Of a stretch of DNA of 64,000 nucleotides, positions 26,629 to 37,744 are shown in pieces. The notes under the pieces are model-generated. The model was not told the origin of the DNA. It saw only the letters and a program-made list of their open reading frames with translations, and did no database searches. The stretch comes from Camelus dromedarius (Eukaryota): positions 29,266,001-29,330,000 of the forward strand of contig NC_087436.1 in the NCBI RefSeq assembly GCF_036321535.1, written 5' to 3'. Within the stretch, counting starts at the first letter, position 1. The number at the start of each line of letters is the position of its first letter. The translations under genes were made by a program, and so were the position numbers.

Positions 26629-26770
26629 GTGACTTTGTGCAAGCTACCAAACCCTCTCAGCATCACTGTGCTCATGTAACATAAGCACTGATACATCCTT
26701 CAAGAGTTCGTTGTGAGACTGTAATGAGATAACTTATTATAGCTCTGAGCCTGGGGGTTGGCACAGAGTA
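26629..26770 (+). mobile_element. MIR fragment
   Basis: gtgactttgtgcaagcta..ctctcagcatca..gttgtgagactgtaatgagataa..tggcacagagta. Confidence 0.6.
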
Positions 26771-28114
26771 TTTCTGTCTTCTAATAAAATTTTCTACCAA
26801 CCAATCTATGCCTGCATTTCATTAAAATATACTGGCTATTTTAGGTTTTTAATTCAAATATTAAATATTTCAATGGTTCATAGTTGTAATTGATACTGTA
26901 CATCTATTTTACATTATATGTTCCTATGCATGTAATTTATAGTTCTGACAAACTTATTAATCAATTAAAATGATTCGTTTACATAATGAAGGTTGTCAGC
27001 AAAATTATTGTTACTTCATTTCTCTAAAATACAAAGGAGTAAAGAGGTTGACAAATTAAAAACAAACTATGAAGTATGAGTTACAAAGATTCTTATAGTC
27101 TTTGAGAAAAATGGAATGCCGTAGACTTGCACTCATACGTTTATGCTGTATCTTTCTTGTAAGTTATCAAGTGTTGATTATTTTCATTTAAGTTACTGAT
27201 GTGAGACTATGGTCTATCTGATACATCTGTAACTAAGAAGCCAGTTGAGAAGGTTCCTATTCCACTGTCAAAATGAATCATGCTTGTAATCTCTTAGGCA
27301 GTGAAAGGTGATCAATTCCCACATATAAAGCACACGTCAGTTTCTATGCTTGTAGTCGTATCTGTCTGTATTCATTGTATATATTCTTAGAATTATAACT
27401 TCGTTGTCTTCAGTAAATCTTTAGTAATTTTCAATTTTTATCATTTTATCATTATTTATCATTGTATGAATTTTGGTTTTCTTAATTACTCTTTTATTTA
27501 TGGAATGAATTTTTACAAATACCTGAGGACATTATTTTCATATCATCAATTACTGTTTGCAGTTTATAATAGTATATGCTTGGATTATACTTTCTTTTGT
27601 TCTCGCATCTATTTCCATGAAAATAACATGTTGATAGAAACAGCCTCCATAGGAAAAACTGAAATACAATGGATACTTGAAGTTATAGGTCTATTCATTA
27701 CAATCTGTGTATACCAACTCCTGTTGTTCTGCTTATCTGTGAAATGGATCATTAAAAAAAGAAAATAAGAACAAGAGGAACTCATGCATAAGAATGTTAG
27801 AAAGCATGATTTCCTAGAATATCTTGGCGTGCATGACAAAGAGGTTTTGAACACAAAATTCCTAAAAGTATGAATAATTAAAGTCATCAAGAATAACTTA
27901 CAGTTATCTTCAATGCATAGAATAGTTGGTATTCCAGATGAGTTACACAGTGAAATAAATATTTTTGCCATATTAACTATGTATTTGTATTATACATTAA
28001 GATTTTTAAAAGTAAAGCTCCTCTCTCTCTCTCTGTCACTCTCTCCACATACACACAAACATACAAACACACATATTCTTCAGTATTTTATAAGTGCACA
28101 GTGGCTTCAAAAGT

Positions 28115-30680
28115 TACCATTGGTTTCTGCTTCCTTATCTATTTGAAACTCTGTTATTAGATACTTAGACAGATTAGTTCATTAGATATTCTGGGTGAAC
28201 TGTGTCCTTTATCATTATGAAGTGTCCCACTTTATCCCTAGTAATATGTCTTGTTCTGAAGTCTAGTTTGTCTAATATTAATATATCTACTCTAGCATTC
28301 TTGGTTGGTGTTCGTCTGGTATATTGTTTCCCATCTTTTAGTTTTTCTCTATCTATATATTTTAAAATCACTTTCTTGGACATCGTAGAGTTGGTCCTTT
28401 TTTTTTTCACACTCTGGCAATGCTTGTATTTTAATTAGCATGGTTTATACCTTCACGCTTCAGTGTGGTAGCCACTAGGAACACGTGGTTGGTGAGCTTT
28501 GAAATGTTGCTGAATGGATACCTGAGACATGTGCTATAGTGTAAAATGCATTCCAGATTTCAGTGATGTAGAATAAAATGGGGACTGTCTCATTAATGCT
28601 TTTTATATTGATTACATGTTGAAATAATACTTGTTTAAATATAATATACTATTAAATTAACCTTTTTATTGCCTAATGTGGATCACAGAAATATTTAAAT
28701 TATGTTAGTGGCTCCAACTATGTTTATATTGAACAGTTTTAGTTTAGGCCACTTACATTTAGGTAAATGGTTTTAAAATCTACCATCTGGTTTGTGTTTT
28801 CTATTTTTGTGCATTTCTTTTTTCTTCCCACGTCCATCTTTTTCCCCCTTCTGTTAGATTGTTTTTATGATTCTATGCTATGTCCACATTGGCTTTTTAG
28901 CTAGAACTCTTTTCAATGGTTGCTCTTGGGTTTATAAAATATATCTTTGACTTATTAGAATTTACCTTAAAATAATATTATACTTTATGTATGATTGAAG
29001 ATCCTTATAACATTACATATGCTTCCAATTTCCTCCTCTCTTCTTTTGTGCTATTTTGGCTTTATTCTACTTAAATATATGCTCTAAAACCCACCATAAA
29101 GAGTCAGTTATCTTTTAAGTTATTAAAAATAAGGAACACTGGGTCTTACGTAGACCTACATATTTGCAGTTTAATGCATTCTTCATCCAATTGTGTGCGT
29201 ACACATTTTCATTTGGTATTATTTTTTCTTTTCCTTAAAGGACTTCATAAAACATTCTGATAGTACAGGTCAACTGGTAAAGAATCCCCTAGATTTCATT
29301 TCTCTGAAACATCTTTGATTTATCTTTATGTTTGATAGATACTTTTACTTGGCATAGAATTCTGAGTATGTAATGCTTGTCTTTTCCCTATTATACATAA
29401 TGTTTGTTTTTGTTTTCTGACTGCTTTTGTCGATGCTCTTCATTGTTTTCAGTCATTTGATGTGCTTAGTGTGGTTTATTTTATGTCTAAAGTTATTCTA
29501 AACTTATTTTACTTTCTAGTGTCTGGGATTTCATCATTTCCATTATACTTAGAAAATTTATGGTTATTATTTCTTTAAATATTTTTTCTCCCCCTCCTCA
29601 CTGTCATTCTGGAATTTCAATTACAGTATGTGTATGTATCCCAGAGGTCACTGAAGGGCTATTCATTTTTTCTGTTCTCAGTCTTGCTTTTTTATTTTGG
29701 ATAGATAGTTTCTGTTGGTATGACTCCAGACTCACTGACATTTTCTTCTGTTATTGTCATCCTCTTTATTTTTTAAATAAAACATTTTAGTTTTCTTATA
29801 TAGAAGTCCCATTCGTACTTTTTTGTCTTTCATTTCTCTTTATTATGTTCAAGTTTTCCTTTACATCCATAAGCATAATAATAATATTTTATAATTTATA
29901 AAACATTTCTGTTTTAAAGTCACCTGCCTATTTCGTCTTCTCTGTGATTGCTATTAATTTTTCTTCTGTTTATATTTTATATTTTCTTGCTTCATTTCTT
30001 GCCAATTATTTTCTTTGGATGCTGTCCATCATGGATTTTGTGTTTTCAGTGCTATATTCAAAGAGTACAGGACTTTGTTCTTGCACACACATAAATTAGT
30101 GAAGATTAGTTTTATCTTTCAGAGATTTGCTTTTAGCATTTTTATGTGTGTTGAGAGTACTCTTTCCTCTAGGACTAATCTAGCCCCAATCTAGGGTATG
30201 ACCCCTTGGAGGGTTCCACCCAACACCTTGTCTTTATGAGGTTTCCTGATTTTGGCTGGTGAGACTGGAAACTCTTCCCAGCCCTCTGCTCTGAGAAAGG
30301 TTTGACCTGTAATTCACTGGTGGTTCTTTTCTTGATCTTGAGGAATTTCAAACCCTAGTTTTATGCACAGGACTGTACTCTGTCTAAGTCTCAAGTAGCC
30401 TCCTCTGCAGATCTTTGGAGCTTATTCTCTGTTTAGCTGTCTCATTTCTCATCCTGTACCCAGAACATTCTAGCTTTATCAAATATGATCTTTGTCTCTT
30501 CAGCTCAGAAAAACCACAGTGCTGTTTGGGTTTCAGCTTCTCAGGGGCAGTTTCCCTTCTCAAGGATCACCATCAACTGTTACATGTTGTCCATTCTGAA
30601 AACAGTTATTTCCCATATTTTGTCTAGTTTTCTGTATGTTTATGATAGGAGGGTGGTTCCCTTGATGAAACAAATAGAAT
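28115..30680 (-). mobile_element. Old L1ME-type element: 5' end, ORF1 region and ORF2 endonuclease N-terminus
   Basis: ORF 28174-28410 ILILDKLDFRTRHITRDKVGHFIMIK matches L1 EN 'AILISDKVDF..RDKEGHFIMIKG'; 30200-30660 cctctgcagatctttggagct..tttcccttctcaaggatcac..atattttgtctagttttct resembles L1ME 5' ends. Confidence 0.8.
28455..28742 (+). mobile_element. MER33-like hAT-Charlie MITE nested in L1
   Basis: gtggtagccactag..cacgtgg..tgaaatgt..tgtgctatagtgtaaaat..ttttatattgattacatgttgaaataata..atttaaatta..gtggctc. Confidence 0.8.
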
Positions 30681-31319
30681 TCTTTATTTCAGCCATAATA
30701 TCTGCATTTAAAACACTGTTATGTGTATTTAACATATTAAGTTACTTTCTAACGGGATATTTCTGGAGAGATTCAGTCAGCACATATACAGACTAATAAT
30801 CTTTTCAGATTAAATAATGCTGAAGTTCACATGCAGTAAATTCATAAAGGTGATTCTCTGGTGGTAGCATGAATCAGAGCAAAAATGACTAAAGAATATT
30901 TTTTACTTTGCTTAACATTAGAAGCCTTTGAATTTTGCATCTGTTGGCTCCTCTTGCACCTACATAGTAGTCTTTTCCTCACCTTTCCCCATGTCTCAGT
31001 CTAAGTGATTTTATTTTATTCTCCAGGAGAAAAGAGTCCTATTAATATTTGCTTTCAAAATTAAAAAAAAAGACCTATGTTTTCTTACTAAGACCTACTC
31101 TTAATTTTCAGAAAAACACTTTACAAACTAATTTAATATTGGCTGCTTCTTTATCACTCAATCACTCTATCTCTCCAGACAATATAGTTGCTATGGACTA
31201 ACTACAAGAAAAGTCACTTACAAAAATATGAGCAAATAAAAGAACAATGATTAGTGTATTATCATTAATATATTATAGTAATGATATGTAATGATTAGTG
31301 TATTATCTTTCTACAAAAC

Positions 31320-31560
31320 AATAGTCCATCAAGCAGAATTACTACTATAACGTTCATGGTGCTAACAAAATTTAGATAGTCTAAAAACACATTGAAAGAA
31401 TACTAAGAAGAAATGACTACATCTATAATCATAGTAAATAATCATAATCTCTCTTTATCTTCTCAAAACTTCCTGTTAGAGCAAACCTGAAAGTTTTGAA
31501 AATGTGTAGAAGCCTTAAACAACAGAATTAACACAGTTAATCTAATGATATATTAAGGTT
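31320..31560 (+). mobile_element. Old L1 ORF2 endonuclease fragment
   Basis: ccatcaag..aagaagaaatgactacatctataatcatagt..gtagaagccttaaacaacagaattaac..aatctaat. Confidence 0.45.
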
Positions 31561-31999
31561 CTTTCTGTGGGGAACGTGGCTATTTGCCTACACAGATCTA
31601 TTCTATTGTCCATTTCTTATTGTTGGAAGACAAGTTTTGTTCCAAATTTCATTACCTTCTTTCTGCCATGGGTCAGGAAGTGTGTCCACAAGCTGGAAGA
31701 GATAAATTATTGTAAGTCATTCTTTTGTTAGATGTATTGTCCCCTTCCCATCTTGGCATTGCTAGCTGAAGGAAGCCAAGGGAGTATGCTAGAGCGCTTC
31801 CTGGAAAAGGTATATTGTGTTAAAGAGAGATGAAACAGTCTCTTCATCTCCTGCCGCCATAGTACCGGCTGACCATGTGCCAGTCTGAAATCCTAATCCC
31901 TGGTTCTAAATTAAATTCTTTACCTCTGGAATTCACAAGTGGCTGTTGTTTTCCAGAATGAAGCTTGAATTTATACAGACTTCTGACACTGCCTTAAGT

Positions 32000-32850
32000 A
32001 TACCAACCTCTTTTCTGTCTCAAGGCCTTTCCACTTTCCAGTTACTATGCCTGAAAATTCTACTCTAGTTTCTTCTAATTGTTTGGCCCTTAGTTTTCTT
32101 CTTGGAATCCATCTCCTTGTGCCTATAAATGAAATCACTCTGGTTTAGCAATCACACCACTCTTTAGTTCCTTTGAAACACAAAATTCACAAACTGTAAA
32201 TTTGGTTTACTTTTAGTTTATCTACTGATTGCCTGCAGTCTACCCTAGATGGCAGACATACCATGGAGAGATTGTGAGTTTAGTTCCACATGACTGCAAT
32301 GAAGTGAATATTGCAGTAAAAGCAAATCTTAGGAATTTTTTGGTTTCCCAGTGCCTATGAAAGTTATATTTACACTATACTGTAGTCTATTAAGTGTGCA
32401 ATAGCATTGTGTCTAAAAGACAATGTACTTGCATTAATTAAAAAATACCTTATTGCTAAAAAATGCTAACAATCATCTTGGCCTTCAGCCGTAGTGTAAT
32501 CATATCAAAGATCACTGATCACAGATCACCATAATACATAAAATAATAAGGAAAAAGTTTGAAATACTGAGAAAAGTACTGAAGTTTGTTTGACACAAAG
32601 ACACAAAGTGAGCAAATGCTGGTGGAAAAGTGGTGCTGACAGACTTGCTCCATGCCGGATTGCCACAAGCCTTCAATTTGAAAAAAAGTTTAGTATCAGC
32701 AAAGCACAATAAAATGGGAAATGCTATATGAACTTCCTGAAGACAAAGACTGGGTCTGTGTTGTCCACTATTACATGCCCAGTGGCTTCTGTGTTACCTG
32801 GACAGTAATATGTGCTCCACAATTATTAGTCACATAAATGAATAAATGAA
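32000..32850 (+). mobile_element. L2 3' portion split by a Tigger1 MITE
   Basis: tctcaaggcctttccactt..ctatgcctgaaa on the left; cctgaagacaaagactgggtctg..cctggacagtaatatgtgctc..aaatgaataaatgaa tail on the right. Confidence 0.6.
32253..32728 (+). mobile_element. Tigger1 internal-deletion derivative (MITE)
   Basis: cagacatacc..gagattgtgagtttagttcca, ttttggtttcccagtgc..aaagttat.tttacactatactgtagtctattaagtgtgcaatagcatt, then aagatcactgatcacagatcaccataa, gacttgctc..ttgccacaa.ccttcaatttg: Tigger1 left and right ends joined. Confidence 0.9.
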
Positions 32851-35659
32851 AAAAAGGAAGAGTTTTAAGCAATATAATTAATTTATCAGCCAGAGTCCCT
32901 CTGCTCTTTAAGATATATGTAAGGTTAACTTAATTTCCATTCATGCATTACTGAAAGTCAGACGCCTTCCTTGACATTTCTGAAAATTCCTAAGGGTAGT
33001 ATTAATTAGAGTCCCATCTAGAAGGGACCTCTCACCTCTGCTTAATTAATTTAATTTAGGACTGTTCTCATTATTCATATGCATTATTACTTTTATATTC
33101 TGTGTTGCTCAGATGGAGAACAGCACTTTTTTTTTTAATAGGAAGAGTTGTAAAACAGAATAAATGTTTAATAGCACTCACATATACTTACTTATTGAAA
33201 TAAATAATATTCATAAAAGAACGTACCTCTGAGATGGCTTTAGTGGATACATAGATGACATCTATAGTTTGCCTACTACGTAGGAAGTTGAATATTAGAC
33301 ACGTCCATTCTTAAAACTTTGTTCAGTGTTTTGCTCAAATCTCCCTTTGTCCTCCCACCGTGTTGCTATGACATGTTCCTCTTCTTTGCTCTTTCAGTCT
33401 TCACTTACCTTTTGTCTTCTTCCAGTGCATCTTAGGAAGAAAAATGACTAAACAACGAAATGACTAGGCAAACAATCAACCAGCGAAATTAAATCAAAAA
33501 GAAAGGAAGGAAGGAAGGAAGGAAAGTCATTCCTGTTTCACAATTGCCCATGATATTGAGGTGGCCCATGTTGTCCTGAATTATGGTTCAACTTCTCCGT
33601 CCAGTCACTCCTGATTCATTCACTCCCTCATAGGGATTGTTCTCTAAACCCTTCCTCATATCCCAATCATGAACAAATCTCCATCTCTGACAACGCAGAG
33701 AAAGTAGTAAGTAATTTACATGTTTCATACCTATAGATTTGGAAGGAGCCAAGTCAGTAACACCTACCTTGTCTGTCTGAATTCTAAAGCATTAAACAGA
33801 CGAAGGATTTGGACAGGTAGAGACAAAATACTGTTTTTCTTTTTACCTGACAAAAGCAAGTTTGTAACTTAAATGTGTGGCAGTAAAGGGCTTCCTCGTG
33901 CAGCACTCAGAGGTAAGCATCCACCTTGTTGGCTGGTGGGATAATTACAGGCCTCTTATCACTGAATAGAGTTTTCACCATTATCCACATTTATGGCATG
34001 AGAGAACAGTGAAGAATGTATCCTTTCTGAAAGCAAAGAATCCAAAAGAAAAGGAAGAGCCAAGCAAGCAGAAACCCAATTTCTACCTTTCCAGTTTTAG
34101 AATTTTCTCCTCATCCCCTTAGAAAACGTGGGTAGGTTTTATATTTTTTTTTTTTTTTTTTTTTTATGAGACAGAAAACTTGAGTTGAGCTGTAAGCTAA
34201 AGAATGCAGTTGTACTGACACTGATTTTTCAGGTTTGGCAGGATTTGTGAATTGAGTGTTGACTCCCATATGTAGAAAAATCTTTTAAAAATCTTTTGTT
34301 AACCTACTTATTTGAGCGTAGGAGATTCCCATGTGCATCTAGGGGTTATTCTTAATCTTTCACCTCAGTACACATGGCTGTGTAGCTTTGTTTTCAATAA
34401 TACCTTCGGCTAAAGCTCATCACAACACAAGAGGATACTCTGACCTCAGCTTATATCTTAGTTTCTCCTCACAATTGGGCATAATAATAAAGTTTCAGTA
34501 CCTTTTTGTCCCTTGCCTCAGCTTCTTTTATTATTACCCAGGCTGCAATGTAAACACAAATAAGCAACACTAATAATACTAATTAATTCATTCTACCTTT
34601 GCCTTGTCTTTGCAATCTCTACTTCCTTTGGATTTGACTCATATTTGAGATTTCGACCGTAATTTGTTATTTGAATAAAAGAAATATGTCAATTCATAGT
34701 AGCCTTTATTTTTCTTGAAGGCAGATAGCATTTATTTTTAGCATTACTCATTTTTTTTCACAATTTATACTGCAGTATTTGATCTCATTGCCTCCTCTGT
34801 ATATCAAGGAAGTTTGAGCATTAAGTGCCTAATTAATACTTATTAAATAACTGGATGGTGGTTGAATGTGTGATATTTCTTATGACCTTGGATTATTAAT
34901 CTCGGAGTGCCTGATGTTGTTCAGGGACCTTATCTCTGTAATAAGATGAGCTGAGCCTGGATATGTTCAGTAGGACCTCCCATTTGATCCAAAGACTGAG
35001 GAGCTATGGCAGATGTTTATTCTTTTAACCTTTTAAGTTTCTGTTTATTACAATGCAAGAAATAATGAGTACACTTTAGCTCTTTTCAAATCAAAATAAA
35101 CCTTTTAAATAACTTTTGATTAAAAAGGTCTTGATAATTGATATGACTGGTACCTAATTTGCTACTCATTTTTCAAGATCACGATAGGAAATTATTTATT
35201 CATTTATTGAAATCAATGTTAATTTTATTAAATTTCAATGAATCTTATTTTAGAAATGTATTTGGCTCAAGCTCTCCAAGAGAATCTCTGGTGAACTAAA
35301 GTTAGAATTATTTTTTCCAATACGCTCAAAGATTTTGAGTTCCTTTCTGTGAAGAATGGGGAAAAGCCACCCTCATTAGGCGGGGGGGGGGGGGGGGCAG
35401 GCTCTATGATAATGAATGATCCAAGGACAGGTACTGTAGCATGTACCCGGGTATTACTTAATTATATTTCAGTCATTCATGATTTTCCTATCCACGGATC
35501 ATATCTTTGTGGAAAACACCACCATAATCAAGATTTTCATGCTATTATTATGAATGAAGTAAAATCACCAGCCCTGTGCTGAAAACTGTAGATAATGAGG
35601 TAAAGAGCTTTAAAAGTGCTCATTAGACATGATAGTTTAGTGGTAAAAACAAACCAACC

Positions 35660-35840
35660 AACAATTATTGTACATGATGGTAAGTGCATAAAATACATAC
35701 AAATAAGGCGCTCCAGGAACTCAGAAATGGTGCACCAACTCAAAATTTCCCTCAGGGAAAGGAAGAGAAATCTTTATCGGAGGTGGCTCGTGGACAGAGT
35801 TTCGAAGGGAAAGCAGGAGTTGTGTGAAATGACATGAAGG
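35660..35840 (-). mobile_element. L2 fragment
   Basis: ggaactcagaaatgg..cagggaaag..ggaggtggctcgtggacagagtttcgaagggaaagcaggagtt resembles antisense L2. Confidence 0.4.
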
Positions 35841-36181
35841 ACGAGGTGGAGGTGTCATCCCGGGCAGCACTGCTGTAACACACTAGGACCTACGTGGACA
35901 CCACTACACGGCAACCCATTTGAGGAGATCACTCAGCAACCACCTGAGGCTTGTTAAAACAGGGCAATTATGGGAGTGTTGTTTGAAAACACTGCGTAGT
36001 CTAATAATATAGAACACCCTCTGTACTTTCTAATAAAGAATCTGTGTGTTTTTATGTGTTAAATATCATTCTAAAAGTATAGTTATTTTATTACTACCTG
36101 CACAAATGTATAATTAAGGAATATCCACAGTACCTTGACACCATGTATCTCTAGAATTTATTTTTACTTTGTGTCTTTCAG

Positions 36182-36207
36182 TTTTGAAATAACTTCTGAA
36201 TTTGAAG
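36182..36207 (+). other. Candidate 26-nt microexon of an unidentified transcript
   Basis: tttatttttactttgtgtctttcAG | TTTTGAAATAACTTCTGAATTTGAAG | GTAAGA in apparently unique sequence; one open frame (xFEITSEFEx). Confidence 0.35.
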
Positions 36208-37094
36208 GTAAGATAATTTATTTTACTACTGCCTAAATATCACAGGTCATGTTTTATTTCTAAGTATTCCTAAAGCTAGAGCAATCCTTCACATAAGAAG
36301 ACATGAATATATTCCCATGATAACCGGCCTAATGCTTCTCCTCATTTCAGTAGAGTTGCCTTTAGGCTGTGATAAATAATTTTTATTTCTGAATTTTGAC
36401 ACCTGTGATAGTTATATTAGGTTCCTTCAGTTTTAACAAGGAATTACTGTGTTGAATTTGAAAGCAGTTGAAATGGGAGAAATCCATTCTTATTTACAGA
36501 GACGGATAGCCCTTTATTGTCCAGATAAATTTGTAATTTTAGAATTAACAAATTTTAGAGCAGTAAAAACTCTTCAGGCTACATTGCATAACTGAGTCAC
36601 TGACTAGAACCCCTGCCACAGTCAGGAGGCTAGAATATCTGAAAGCTACCTCCAGCCACACCAGCAGCAGGCTAAGAACCTCAGACTTGAAGATGATCTC
36701 TGCCATCAAAAATATTCCTTTCTGCCTGTCTCTTTTCCACATGTAGCAAGATGAAATACATTTTGAAAAGGTATCTGGATGAGAACTGGATGAGGACAAA
36801 CAACATCTGAAACTCTAGCTGTAAGAAACAATGGGAGATGGTGTTTATAAACGTTTCACTCTATGACGTACAGGAAGGAATTGTGCATGGCCTGTGGAAT
36901 CAGCATTAATGAGCCAATACTTGGTATCTTTAGTTTATTCATAAATAAAGATATTCTTTATTTATTCATTTTCCACATAAATACTTCCCCCCATATTTAA
37001 GCTTCCTGATAACAACAACAACAAAACAAACAAGTTTGATACAATGCAGTTACATCTATAAATGGAAGCAGGCCCCCAGAAATCCAGTAAGTCA

Positions 37095-37156
37095 ATGTGT
37101 CACCTTTAGATGATTTCTTCTCTGGGATGTGTCACCTTTAGGTGATTTCTTCTCTG
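37095..37156. repeat. Tandem duplication, 2 x 30 bp (period 32)
   Basis: atgtgtcacctttag[a/g]tgatttcttctctg twice with 1 mismatch. Confidence 0.95.
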
Positions 37157-37479
37157 CTTCAGTCATAATCCCATTTAAGTCTGTAACCTCTCTACCAAAT
37201 TTTTATTTTAACAACACCAACATACCTGATTTAAAAAAAATGAAAACTTGGGAAGCAGGGTAAATAAGAAAAAGAAAAGCTTAATCAATATAAATGTATA
37301 CTTAAAAAAGCAAAGCAAGGAAGAGGATTTCTTGTGAGCTCCAAGGGCACGTCCAGGCACTAGGTCTGGGGGGTGTCTCAGTGTCTGCATTGGCTTGGGG
37401 TGCAGGGTTGGTGGGTGGAGAAAATTCTAGCAACCAGGGTGTGTCTCAGACCAAGACCTCTGCGTTCGGGTCTTTGTTA

Positions 37480-37700
37480 GGGTGGGTAGAGCGCTGGATT
37501 ATCGGGTAGAAGCCTGGTTGTGCCATTTCGTATCTGTGCCATTTTGTTGAACTACTGTTAATCTCCAGGTGCCTCAGTTTGTGCATCTGTAGAATAGGGA
37601 TAATAGTACCTCCCTTCTAAGACTGGTGAGAGCTAGGGACAATGTACATAAAATGCTTAGCACAAAATCGGGCATAGTAATAAATGGTCTTTTTTTACTG
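37480..37700 (+). mobile_element. MIR SINE
   Basis: gtgcctcagtttgtgcatctgtagaatagggataatagtacct..taaaatgcttagcaca..ggcatagtaa. Confidence 0.8.
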
Positions 37701-37744
37701 CTACAATTAAAAAAAAAAGGCAAGAAAGAACTCATGGGTACCTA

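Noticed and set aside
27466..27971. Overlapping 100-aa and 120-aa ORFs on opposite strands
   Set aside because: F/I/L/Y-rich chance ORFs in AT-rich DNA; no motif or exon boundaries
33857..33912. Exon-like unit ending GAG|GTAAGC
   Set aside because: Stops in all three frames and a weak aaaAG acceptor
35379..35397. Poly-G run (G-quadruplex potential; poly-Gly in ORF 35349-35582)
   Set aside because: Simple homopolymer of uncertain assembled length; ORF otherwise featureless
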